From: Myxococcales bacterium
GTDB taxonomy: Bacteria; Myxococcota_A; Polyangia; Polyangiales; Polyangiaceae
Length of the DNA stretch: 64,000 bases
Reading direction: 5' to 3'
NCBI GenBank assembly: GCA_043747615.1
Contig: JAYTOU010000023.1
Location: 1-64,000 of the forward strand
Shown: piece by piece, positions 18,301-26,009 of the stretch
Layout: every line of letters begins with the position of its first letter
How positions within the stretch are numbered: the first letter of the stretch is position 1
Translations under genes and position numbers: made by a program
Notes under the pieces: generated by a model
Database searches by the model: none
The model's input: the letters and a program-made list of their open reading frames with translations, nothing else
Told to the model about the DNA's origin: nothing

Positions 18301-18514
18301 TACGCTCGGGCTGCTGCCGGCCGCGATTTCCAACGGGATCGGCTCGCAGACCCAGAAGCCGCTCGCGATCGTCGTCATCGGAGGCTCGCTCATCCTCGCG
18401 ATTCTGACCCGCGTTCTGCAGCCCCCGCTCCTCGTCTTAGCCCACCAGTGGCGCGAGCGACGAATGGCCAGGCTCGATGCCGGTGCCGTTCCCGATCTCG
18501 AGAAGCAAGTGTGA
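15356..18514 (+). CDS. czcA: CzcA/CusA-family heavy-metal efflux RND transporter
   Basis: 1052 aa. LDIEAYPN, EEVERYVTVPLE, SLGAVDFGIVVDSTVIMMEN, GGEFMPKLEEG, RFRPVLMT and QKPLAIVVIGG motifs. Confidence 0.92.
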   Translation: MIERLVAAALRMPVIVLAVVALIIVGGFFSYRSLDIEAYPNPVPPLVEVITQPDGSSSEEVERYVTVPLEIGLAGMKGLDHIRSSSLFGLSDVKCYFKWGTDYDAARQEVINRLQFVALPAGVQAQLSPWNAIGEVFRYTVKGKGYSLKELKTAEDWVLERQFKQVDGVIDVTSYGGETKQYQIGVDPYRLRGQGIGLSQLITAVQNSNQNVGGQRLVMGPQAYTVRGLGLLHDIRDINSIVLAEQKGVPVHVGDVANAGVGSAPRLGLVGHDDEPDVVQGIVLMRYGAETPHTLAGIYDRINYIRENHLLPPGMDIVPYYDRGKLVEVTTHTVLENLLVGMGLVSVVLFLFLGHTRAAIITAINIPLALLIAFSGLVMTRTSANLISLGAVDFGIVVDSTVIMMENIFRHLGPHGKGSIQERVRAAASEVAGPMMFSTVIIGVAFLPLFTMTGVSGVIFSPMAHTYAFAIGGAIVMALTLTPVLAAKFIPANTEEKENFIMKFLHRVYAPFFDAALKRPKAALVFALIPIGLCAALFPLLGGEFMPKLEEGNFWIRASLPQSISLQESSQYVGKMRSILRGCPRDPAVACTDENRAHPEVKTVISQLGRPDDGTDVSGFHNIELFAPLKSFDEWKNGTTKAQLTDQLSKELQEAFPGVVFNFSQMISDNVEEALSGVKGENSVKVIGADLKANEQNAAAIVDVMSTVAGVKDLGVFHSLGQPSVKITPDRFACARYGLNIGDVESVIQAAIGGQVVTQVYEGEKHFDLTIRWLEPYRSSLEAIREITIGAPDGTQIPLGQIAKIDIEDGPSMIYREDGRRYAPVKFSVRGRDLKSTIAEAEQRIAAKVHLPYDTHLSWGGEINELNDAMGRLSVIIPLTLLLIGFLVYSAVRTWIDTLIVIVSIPVACTGGVLALLLTRQNFSVSAAMGFISIFGIAIQDAILVVTYFQRLRHLEGASIEVAAREAAEKRFRPVLMTTLVATLGLLPAAISNGIGSQTQKPLAIVVIGGSLILAILTRVLQPPLLVLAHQWRERRMARLDAGAVPDLEKQV

Positions 18515-18759
18515 TGCTGTCCCCCTACCGCCAGCCCGAAGAGCCCCCGGCCCCGCCGTCTCCAAGGAACAAGCTCGTCGAGTTCTGCGTCATGATTTGT
18601 GTGGTCGGAATCTGGTCGGTGTTCATCACGCATCTGGGAAGCGCTCTGTGGCGCAACGAATCCTTGCTCGTTTACGTTCCGCTCGGCCTCGTCCTGGTGA
18701 GCGTGAGCGTCTTCCTCGTCGGTGCGGCGACGGGCGACGACGGCCGGCTTAGTCGGTAA
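18514..18759 (+). CDS. Small two-TM membrane protein (81 aa)
   Basis: TGATG coupling to czcA; two hydrophobic helices. Confidence 0.6.
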   Translation: MLSPYRQPEEPPAPPSPRNKLVEFCVMICVVGIWSVFITHLGSALWRNESLLVYVPLGLVLVSVSVFLVGAATGDDGRLSR

Positions 18760-19345
18760 CCACATCGCGATGCGCGGCATCGGGCGCGGCATCGGGCGCG
18801 GCGTCGGACCCAGCTTCGCCGCCTGCGTCTGCGGGGATCGGCGTCGCCACACAGGTCGAAGCGTCGTAGGTGACACCCGCAAAGAGCCCGGGAAAGATGC
18901 GCTGCGTGATGAAATCCGCGTCGTCTTGAGAGAGCGGTTTTCCAGCCGCGCAATTTCCAACGACCGTCGCATCCGACACGACGATGTGCAGAGTGTCGCC
19001 CCGCTCAGCATGAAGCGGCGTAGCTGTCTTGACCGGGATCAGCGTCGTCGGTGCCGTCGTCGAGCTCGGGTCCCAGCCTGGCGCCAACACGGCATAGGCA
19101 ACATCGGTCGAGGTGATGGCGCGCGCGGGATCGGACTCAGCACCCGCAGGTACGGGCGTCGAGAAAAGTGTCACGGACCACCAGCTCGCGTAGACGACGG
19201 TCTGTGTAGCGGGATCCCCTCCGTCGGGCGTCGCCGGATACCCATTGTCGACGACGGCTTGGGTCGGATCGGAGGTGTTGCAAGCGCAGAAGGCTCCCCA
19301 GAATGCGCTAAGGATCAATGTCGCGAATCGAAATTTGAGCTTCAT
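18749..19345 (-). CDS. Lipoprotein co-transcribed with the TonB-dependent receptor
   Basis: Lipobox FCAC; starts 9 nt after the receptor stop; DAAP repeats at the C-terminus. Confidence 0.75.
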   Translation of the reverse strand: MKLKFRFATLILSAFWGAFCACNTSDPTQAVVDNGYPATPDGGDPATQTVVYASWWSVTLFSTPVPAGAESDPARAITSTDVAYAVLAPGWDPSSTTAPTTLIPVKTATPLHAERGDTLHIVVSDATVVGNCAAGKPLSQDDADFITQRIFPGLFAGVTYDASTCVATPIPADAGGEAGSDAAPDAAPDAAHRDVVTD

Positions 19346-19354
19346 GACGCTTCC

Positions 19355-21904
19355 TCAGTCCAAGTAGATCGTCGTCATCAGACGCGCGGTGATCGGGTAT
19401 GCCGGTGTGAAGTCCACGTTCTCGCATCCGCCGAATCCGCCCGAAGCGGGATCCGCGGAGAGGCGACCGTTGCTACCGCACGAGAAATTTTTCGGCAGTC
19501 GGTTGAGCGGTGTTCCGATCCCCGGATCGGTCCGCAGGCGGCTCGTCGTATCGAACTGCGCAGCGCGGAATGCGCCGTTGAAGAGGTTCTCGATGTCGAA
19601 CGCCACGTCGAACCGCCGCAGGCGATAGCCGATGTGCACGTCGGCTTGGGTGAAGCCCGTCGCAATGATCACCCCGTCGTCGGAAGCCGGACGATCTCCA
19701 ATTCCGTAAAATCGAAATCCCGCTCGAGCCACTCCGGGTCCGAGATCACGGCGCGCAGAGAGCCCGCCGGCCCACGTCCGCTTGGGCGCGAGGGCCAGCC
19801 CACCGCCGTTTTCATGGTCGGTCGTGAACTTCGAGTGGGTGAACGTGATGTTTCCGTCCGCCGCCAGCCACTTGGTGATCTCGTAGCGCCCTTCGAGCTC
19901 GACGCCGTAACGCAGCGTCGCCGGGCCGACGTTCGTAGTCCCGCTGTCACCGCCCCACGTCGTTTCCTGGTTCAAGTTCAGTCGCCAAAAGGCGGCTGCA
20001 AGATCGAGCCGGTCGAACAGGCGCGCGCGCGTTCCGGCTTCTTCGCCAATGGCCCGGGTGAGCGGGGTGACCGACGGCGTGGAGAACGCTCCGCGCACGT
20101 CGTTCGAGTGATAGCCATTGCCGTAGTTCACGTAGACGTCGACTTGCGCATTCTTCTTGTCGATGGGCGTGACGACGGCGCTCGCCTTGGGGCTGAACTG
20201 CTGCGCGCCGTCGACCCCCGAGCGCGTGCTCAGCGGATCGGTCGACGCGAGGCGGTTGTCGACGGCGAAACCGATGAAGTCAGCGCGGCCGCCGGCGATC
20301 ACGCGGAACCACTTCACGGGCGTGATCTCTTCGTTCACGAAGGCTCCGATGAGCGTCTCGTGCGTCTCATTTCCGCGGAGCTGACTGAGCTCGACGCGCT
20401 GCTGGGCGCGCCACAGCTCCTGGTGGATGTCGTCGCTCCGAAGGTTGGCGCCGATCGTGGTGTCGAAGCGCAGATGCTCCACCTCGTGCACGATGCGGTA
20501 GCTGACCTTTCCGCCGTAGAACGTGCGTCGATCGGTCTGATGGATCTCGTCACCGCGGTCGGGATCGTCATGGTAGAGCGTGAAGTTCGAGTAGAGGTTG
20601 AAGCGGTACTCGCCGACGAACGCCATCGCGTTGATCTCGCTGTTGTCGCTTGGACGCAGCTTGTAGCTCACGAAAAGCTGGTGGCGCGCGGTGTTGCCGC
20701 CTTCCGTCGGATCGATTGAACCGAAGCGCGAGATGAACCCCTGCTCGACCGCGCGTGACGGGATCTGCCCTGAGCCATGCCAGTTACCCGAGTAGCTCGA
20801 CTCGCCAAGGGAGATCGACGACGTAGGGCTGATGGCGTAGGTGATTTTGTTGAAGAGCTTGTATTTGTTCCAGCCCTCGGGGTTGTCGAACGGGCCGTCT
20901 TGCCGACCGACCTCGGCGGCGAACGTCGATTTGATGTTCTCGAATTTCGGGCTCGCGATGAGAAGTCCACGGTATGAAGGCGATCCATACCCAGGTGAGC
21001 CGCCGAAGCCGAAGCCTACCGAGCTGTGGTCAAAATCGTCACGTGTCACGAGATTGACGGCGCCCGCGGTGGCGAAGTCCCCCTGGTTGGCGAAGTAGGG
21101 GCCTTTCGTAATTTCGACGCGCTGAATGGTCTCGGGGATGATGAAGTTCGTGTCCGCAAATCCCTGCCCGTGCGCGTGCGACACCATGTTGATTGGAATT
21201 CCGTCGATCGACAGAGCGACGTCGGTTCCGTGATCGGCGTCGAACCCGCGCAAGAAGTACTGGTTCGCTTTTCCCCCCCCGGAGTGCTGCACCATCGTGA
21301 GACCCGGCGTCACGCGCAGGATGTCCTGCACCGACCCGATCGGACGGAGGTTGAACTCTCGCTCCTGCACGGCGAACGACGACGCGGCGCTCATCGGACG
21401 CTGCGCGAGGACGAGCGTCGACTGCGCGGGGCCCGCCTGCAGCGGCGGCACGATGACGGGAACGGAAGCGGGGGGCGGCACGGGAGGCGTCGCCTGGACG
21501 GAGACGGGCGGAGGCTGGAACGGCAACGCGAGCTGGATCGTTGCGCGGATCGCGGTGCCCGCGCGCTTCGCCGGCTCGAACGTCCACGTCTTTACGGCTG
21601 CAAGCGCCGCCTCATCGAACCCGTGCCCGGCCGCTTGGGTGACGCGCGCTTCGGCAACGCGCCCGTCTGCATCGACGCTCAGCTCGAGCCCCACGTTCCC
21701 TTCGAGGCGATCGCGCAGAGCTTCTGCGGGATACGCCGGGTCGGGGTGAGACTTGAGCGACGGCGGGGTGACGACCTCTGGATTGCCTTCCGACGCTGGC
21801 ATCGAGCCGCCCGTCGGGTCTTGTTGGGCGTGCGCGATTGACGCAGGACCGATGACCGAAACGATGACCGCTCCGAAAAGCGACGCTCTGAAATAAGCAC
21901 GCAT
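19355..21904 (-). CDS. TonB-dependent receptor with an N-terminal TonB-C-like domain
   Basis: Signal peptide; PAYPAEA..LEGNV..FDEAALAAVKTWTFEPA (TonB_C); plug QHSGGGKANQYFLRGFDADHGTD and RVEITKGPY; beta-barrel. Confidence 0.9.
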   Translation of the reverse strand: MRAYFRASLFGAVIVSVIGPASIAHAQQDPTGGSMPASEGNPEVVTPPSLKSHPDPAYPAEALRDRLEGNVGLELSVDADGRVAEARVTQAAGHGFDEAALAAVKTWTFEPAKRAGTAIRATIQLALPFQPPPVSVQATPPVPPPASVPVIVPPLQAGPAQSTLVLAQRPMSAASSFAVQEREFNLRPIGSVQDILRVTPGLTMVQHSGGGKANQYFLRGFDADHGTDVALSIDGIPINMVSHAHGQGFADTNFIIPETIQRVEITKGPYFANQGDFATAGAVNLVTRDDFDHSSVGFGFGGSPGYGSPSYRGLLIASPKFENIKSTFAAEVGRQDGPFDNPEGWNKYKLFNKITYAISPTSSISLGESSYSGNWHGSGQIPSRAVEQGFISRFGSIDPTEGGNTARHQLFVSYKLRPSDNSEINAMAFVGEYRFNLYSNFTLYHDDPDRGDEIHQTDRRTFYGGKVSYRIVHEVEHLRFDTTIGANLRSDDIHQELWRAQQRVELSQLRGNETHETLIGAFVNEEITPVKWFRVIAGGRADFIGFAVDNRLASTDPLSTRSGVDGAQQFSPKASAVVTPIDKKNAQVDVYVNYGNGYHSNDVRGAFSTPSVTPLTRAIGEEAGTRARLFDRLDLAAAFWRLNLNQETTWGGDSGTTNVGPATLRYGVELEGRYEITKWLAADGNITFTHSKFTTDHENGGGLALAPKRTWAGGLSARRDLGPGVARAGFRFYGIGDRPASDDGVIIATGFTQADVHIGYRLRRFDVAFDIENLFNGAFRAAQFDTTSRLRTDPGIGTPLNRLPKNFSCGSNGRLSADPASGGFGGCENVDFTPAYPITARLMTTIYLD

Positions 21905-21919
21905 GAGATCCCTCGAAAG

Positions 21920-21981
21920 AAATCACGATTATTAAGAAACGTGGCACGCTCGTATCACGATCTTGAAAATAAGTGTCACGA
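21920..21981 (-). promoter_or_regulatory. AT-rich operator region upstream of the receptor (Fur-family-like)
   Basis: TGAAAAT-A-AGTGTCA imperfect 7-1-7 repeat at 21964-21978. Three TCACGA direct repeats at 21923, 21955 and 21976. Confidence 0.35.
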
Positions 21982-22201
21982 ATTACACATACGCGTAGAT
22001 CGGCAAAAAGGATCGCGCCCGACATCTGCCTTCCTGCGGAGCGCGCGGACAGCGCAATCGGCATGCGGCCACGGCGCCATTTCGCGACTCCTCGATGCAC
22101 CTGCGGATGGCGAAAGTAGATCGCCCGAGCTCAGCATACGACGAGTACGAATTTAGAAACTCGTGGTACGCGAAGCGCTACGTCGCCCGCGAACGTCGTC
22201 G

Positions 22202-23296
22202 CTACGGGCCTGAGTAGATCGGGGGCGAGGTGACTGTCCCGTCGGGCTTCAGCTCCTCGGCGACCTCGTTTGCGGCCGAGTGCGTGACGCGGAGGATGGC
22301 ACCCTGGCTGTCGCCGTTCGCGATCCCGCAGTCGATCTTGAAGAGCGTCTTCGCGCTGTCGGCTCCGATGCTGCCGACGAATCCCAACGCGCCCGGCGTG
22401 TGGCCGATGACGATGTGAGCCGCACCGACTGTCGTCGCGTATTGCCCTGCGAGCGTCGCGTCGGCGGTGTACCAGCCCTTCGACTCGAGGATCGAGCTCG
22501 TCCCGATGACCGCGGGCGCGTTGAATCCGTGATTGTCGACGGCATCGCGCAGCGCGGCTTCGAGCTGCGCGACCGTTTGGTTGCCCGTGTCACCCGCATG
22601 GGAGATGAACCACTTCTCGACACGCACCGCGAACGGCCGCTCGCGAAGCCACTTACCGTGGACGTCCATTCCGCTCGCGTACGTCGCGGGGCTGATGCTC
22701 ATCGCCATGAGCTCCGGGTCGATCCCGCCCGCTGCGGTCGCCTTGCTGTTCATCGGATCCACGAGAAACTCCGCCTCGTGGTTGCCGAGCGTGACGATGA
22801 CCTTCCCTCCGGCGGCGGCTGCCGAGACCTCGAGGGCACGCATGAAGTCGACGATCTCCGGAGCCTGCGGCCCCTTGTCGATCATGTCGCCAGCCATGAC
22901 CAACGTCGCATCCCCGCCGGTCCACGTCGCCGCGCCCGGCGTCGCAGGATTCCCGGCAATGAGCGACCACGTCGACAGGAGCTTCAGAAGAGCGGAGTAG
23001 CTGCCGTGCATATCGCTCATGGCGTAGAGGGTCGTGAACGATCCGAGCTCCAAGATGGCGGGGTTCTTCGCCCAGTCGCGTCCCGTCGGAGAGACCGTTC
23101 CATCGGATCGCGCGCCGTCGCCCGTGGACACGCCCCCGTCCTCGCCGAGAGAACCGCCGTCCGAAGAGAAGCCGCCGTCGGCGTCGCCGGGGGCCGCGCC
23201 GTCACCCGCGCCCGCACCTGAGGTGCTGCTCGAAGGGGAGCACGCGAAGAAAACGGATCCAACAAAGAGCGCGACCAGTCCGTGGCTATGCTTCAT
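22202..23296 (-). CDS. Calcineurin-like metallophosphoesterase lipoprotein (Shewanella-like phosphatase type)
   Basis: Lipobox FFAC; motifs SDMHG, GDMIDKG, LGNHE, SHAG, GHTP and IDCG. Confidence 0.85.
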   Translation of the reverse strand: MKHSHGLVALFVGSVFFACSPSSSTSGAGAGDGAAPGDADGGFSSDGGSLGEDGGVSTGDGARSDGTVSPTGRDWAKNPAILELGSFTTLYAMSDMHGSYSALLKLLSTWSLIAGNPATPGAATWTGGDATLVMAGDMIDKGPQAPEIVDFMRALEVSAAAAGGKVIVTLGNHEAEFLVDPMNSKATAAGGIDPELMAMSISPATYASGMDVHGKWLRERPFAVRVEKWFISHAGDTGNQTVAQLEAALRDAVDNHGFNAPAVIGTSSILESKGWYTADATLAGQYATTVGAAHIVIGHTPGALGFVGSIGADSAKTLFKIDCGIANGDSQGAILRVTHSAANEVAEELKPDGTVTSPPIYSGP

Positions 23297-23395
23297 GCGC
23301 CCATGCGTAGCACGGCCCACAAGCCGGGCCCGGAATTGCGCGGCGGACGAATTTTCCGGTCAGAGCCGCCTTCGGGGGCCTACATTCGGGCCCGC

Positions 23396-23704
23396 GTGCG
23401 AAAACACTTTTCTCTCGCCGCCGTCGCCGCGGTCAATGCGCTCCTCGCCATGGTCGCCACGTACGCGCTCCTTCGGGGCTACGACGTGTGCTTCACGTCG
23501 GAGACGAACCCCGCGACCATCGTGTGGTCCGCGCACGTCGCTATGTTCTGGCGACTGGGGGTCGGGCTCTACGTTGGAGGATTCGTGGCTATGGTCGCCG
23601 CGTTCGCGGGCCAGCGAGACATCGTCGCGACGGTCCGCGTAACGGCCGTCCTCGTGCCCGCGATCGGAGCGTTGATCGCGATCCAAGGTGCGTTTTTTCC
23701 ATGA
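23396..23704 (+). CDS. Small three-TM membrane protein
   Basis: Three hydrophobic helices; ATGA overlap with the next gene; GTG start assumed. Confidence 0.6.
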   Translation: MRKHFSLAAVAAVNALLAMVATYALLRGYDVCFTSETNPATIVWSAHVAMFWRLGVGLYVGGFVAMVAAFAGQRDIVATVRVTAVLVPAIGALIAIQGAFFP

Positions 23705-24153
23705 TCTCCCAGCTGGCCTTGCGCGTCGCGGAGCACATTCACGGCCACATGGGATGGCTCTCGGCGGCAGCGCTTATGCATCCCGCGATCTTGCTTCGCG
23801 ATCCTCGGCGGCGCGCGCGCTTCGCGGTCTTTCTCACCACCGCGTTCGTCACGACTACTGGTCTTCTTGGCGCGTGGATCTACCCCGAATACCGAGCCCG
23901 CTTGAAGCAAGCGATTTTCATTCACGCTCCAAAAATCGGCTGGCTCTTCGAGCGCAAAGAGCACCTCGCTGTGGGAGCGCTCGCCTTCGCGTGGATCGGC
24001 TGCATCGCGCACCTCGCCGTCCCCACCTTTACCGACGACACATCGAAGTGCGCCGCCGCGTTGATGGCCCATCGTGCGTACGTCATCGCCTTCGTGCTCT
24101 CAGTCGCGGTCGCCTGCCTCGGCGTCACCGTGGCGACGTACAGCACGTTTTGA
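23701..24153 (+). CDS. Four-TM His-rich membrane protein
   Basis: EHIHGHMGW, MHPA, FERKEHLA and AHRAY in or near TM helices. Confidence 0.7.
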   Translation: MISQLALRVAEHIHGHMGWLSAAALMHPAILLRDPRRRARFAVFLTTAFVTTTGLLGAWIYPEYRARLKQAIFIHAPKIGWLFERKEHLAVGALAFAWIGCIAHLAVPTFTDDTSKCAAALMAHRAYVIAFVLSVAVACLGVTVATYSTF

Positions 24154-24160
24154 AGACGCG

Positions 24161-24577
24161 TTACTGGCTGACGATGATGGTGCGCGTCACGCGTGCGCTG
24201 TTGTTTCCGGGCTCCGCGAAGACGTTGAAATCGAGGTCGTGCTGGCCGGGGGTCGAGAGATCGAAGGTGAGCGTCTGCGGAGAGGGCCCACCGATAGCGC
24301 CGCGGTAGATCGAGCCGTTTCCGCCGTGACCCAGAATGTTGACGCCAGTCACCGTGCCGAAGTCGTCGTGGAAGCTGATTGAGCCGTTGATGTGCGCGAC
24401 GCCCGTCAGCGAATCGATGGTCGCCGATGCGGGTACGGTCACGTCATCGACTACGGGAGCCGTCGCTGCGTCGATCGCGGGTGGCCTGGCGGCGCCGCCG
24501 TCGGTGGTCGCGCTCGAGCCACAAGGATCGAGCAGAGCGGCCGCGAAAAAGACGGTGAGAAGCTTGGCTCCGAGCAT
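24161..24577 (-). CDS. Hypothetical exported or lipoprotein
   Basis: Signal-like N-terminus with Cys, DGG/DAA linker and a beta-rich domain. Confidence 0.55.
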   Translation of the reverse strand: MLGAKLLTVFFAAALLDPCGSSATTDGGAARPPAIDAATAPVVDDVTVPASATIDSLTGVAHINGSISFHDDFGTVTGVNILGHGGNGSIYRGAIGGPSPQTLTFDLSTPGQHDLDFNVFAEPGNNSARVTRTIIVSQ

Positions 24578-24599
24578 GTCCTACAACCACGTAGCAGGG

Positions 24600-25796
24600 T
24601 CACGCGCTCCAGGCCACGGTCGGAAACGGCTTGCTCGGCTTTGCAAACAGGTAGCCCTGCATCAAGTCGCAACCGAGTCGAGCGAGGAACTCGCGCTCCG
24701 CCTCCACCTCGATCCCCTCGGCTACCACGAGGAGGCCCATCTCGCTGCAGAGGGCCGCGAGGGAGCGGACGAGCTTCTGCTTCACGGGAGATTCGTGGAC
24801 GTCGCGGATGAGTGACATGTCGAGCTTCACGAACTCCGGCTCGAGCTTCGCAAAGCTCGTGAGCCCCGCGTAGCCGGCACCGAGGTCGTCGACCGCGATG
24901 CGGTATCCCATGTAGCGGAGGAGGGCGATCCGAGCTTGGGTGTCCTTGACCTCGTCGAGACTGGCCCGTTCGGTCACTTCCAAGACTACCCTCTTCGCGA
25001 TCTTCGAGAGCGGCTCGCTGTCTTTGTACAGGAGCGGATCGAGGAGATCGCGGCTATGAAGATTCACGAAGAGGAGCGCGTCGGGGGGAGCTGCTTCGAA
25101 GGCGGCCGCAGACAGAGCGCGAATTCGCTGGCCGAGCTCGGGCAGCCGATTGAGACGCTCGGCCGCGTCGAGGACGGCTCCGGGATGCGGAAGCGAAGGC
25201 TCCGTGCTGCGAAGAAGCGCCTCGTAGCCGAGAATTTTTTGCTCTCGATTGAGGACGATCGGCTGGAACGCGACCCAGAGCGTCGCCATCGCGCGCTCGA
25301 AGTTCGCCTTTAGCGCGGCGATCTCTCCCGCGTTTTTCTCCACGGCCCCCAGGTGCTGGAGCGCTTCGCGCTTGATGCAAGCGAGCTTGTGGAGCTTGGC
25401 GGCGCGCCCGACGGCGTCACGTAATTCGTCTGGCGACATTGGCTTGAGGAGATAATTGAGCGCTCCGAGCTCGACGGCCTTCATCGCCGTCTCCACCTCG
25501 GGGTCGCCCGTCATCAAGACGACCGGTACGTCAAGGTCGTAGGCGCGGACCACACTGAGCAGCTCCACCCCCGACATCCCCGGCATATGTATGTCCGAAA
25601 GAATGACGCAGAAACTGTCGTGGGTGAGCGCCTCCACGGCGGCGGCTCCATCGACGACGATCGTGACGTCGTAGCCGGCGGCGGTCAGAACCCGGCCGAT
25701 ACCGCGTGCGACGGCGGCGTCGTCATCGGCGACGAGGATGCGTTTTGGGCCTTCCGCGGGCAGGCCGTCTCTTGGCGGGATTTGCGTGCTGTTCAT
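24600..25796 (-). CDS. Response regulator with an EAL (c-di-GMP phosphodiesterase) domain
   Basis: Receiver ILVADDD, SDIHMPG and LLKP. EAL motifs YEALLR, FVNL, LEVTE, DDLGAGY, VKLD, AEGIE and MQGYLF all appear intact. Confidence 0.92.
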   Translation of the reverse strand: MNSTQIPPRDGLPAEGPKRILVADDDAAVARGIGRVLTAAGYDVTIVVDGAAAVEALTHDSFCVILSDIHMPGMSGVELLSVVRAYDLDVPVVLMTGDPEVETAMKAVELGALNYLLKPMSPDELRDAVGRAAKLHKLACIKREALQHLGAVEKNAGEIAALKANFERAMATLWVAFQPIVLNREQKILGYEALLRSTEPSLPHPGAVLDAAERLNRLPELGQRIRALSAAAFEAAPPDALLFVNLHSRDLLDPLLYKDSEPLSKIAKRVVLEVTERASLDEVKDTQARIALLRYMGYRIAVDDLGAGYAGLTSFAKLEPEFVKLDMSLIRDVHESPVKQKLVRSLAALCSEMGLLVVAEGIEVEAEREFLARLGCDLMQGYLFAKPSKPFPTVAWSA

Positions 25797-25899
25797 CGGT
25801 CCTTGCTTAACGCCCGCCACACATCATGAGTTAAGTGCCGCGCGCGCCGTAGGCCTTAGCGTCGGCGCCAGGACCGTCTTACAGTGCTGATGCGATTGA

Positions 25900-25910
25900 G
25901 GGGGGGGGGG
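25900..25910. repeat. G11 homopolymer in the divergent intergenic region
   Basis: ...GATTGA-GGGGGGGGGGG-TTTCG...; the longest homopolymer I saw in the window. Confidence 0.9.
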
Positions 25911-26009
25911 TTTCGACGAGGGGCGTTTGGCCCTTCATTTCCTCGGGATCGATCCGTTATACGCCACGGCCAACTGAAACGGCCGAGGCAAGGGAGCGCG
26001 CGTCACTTG

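Noticed and set aside
18722..20719. 665-aa plus-strand ORF
   Set aside because: Antisense shadow of the TonB-dependent receptor and lipoprotein; Arg-rich with no motifs, typical of high-GC DNA.
21941..21960. TGGCACG as a sigma54 promoter
   Set aside because: No GC at the -12 position and it faces away from the receptor gene.
21990..22200. Cobalamin or other riboswitch upstream of the TonB-dependent receptor
   Set aside because: No B12-box or other conserved riboswitch motif recognised by eye; an Rfam scan would settle it.
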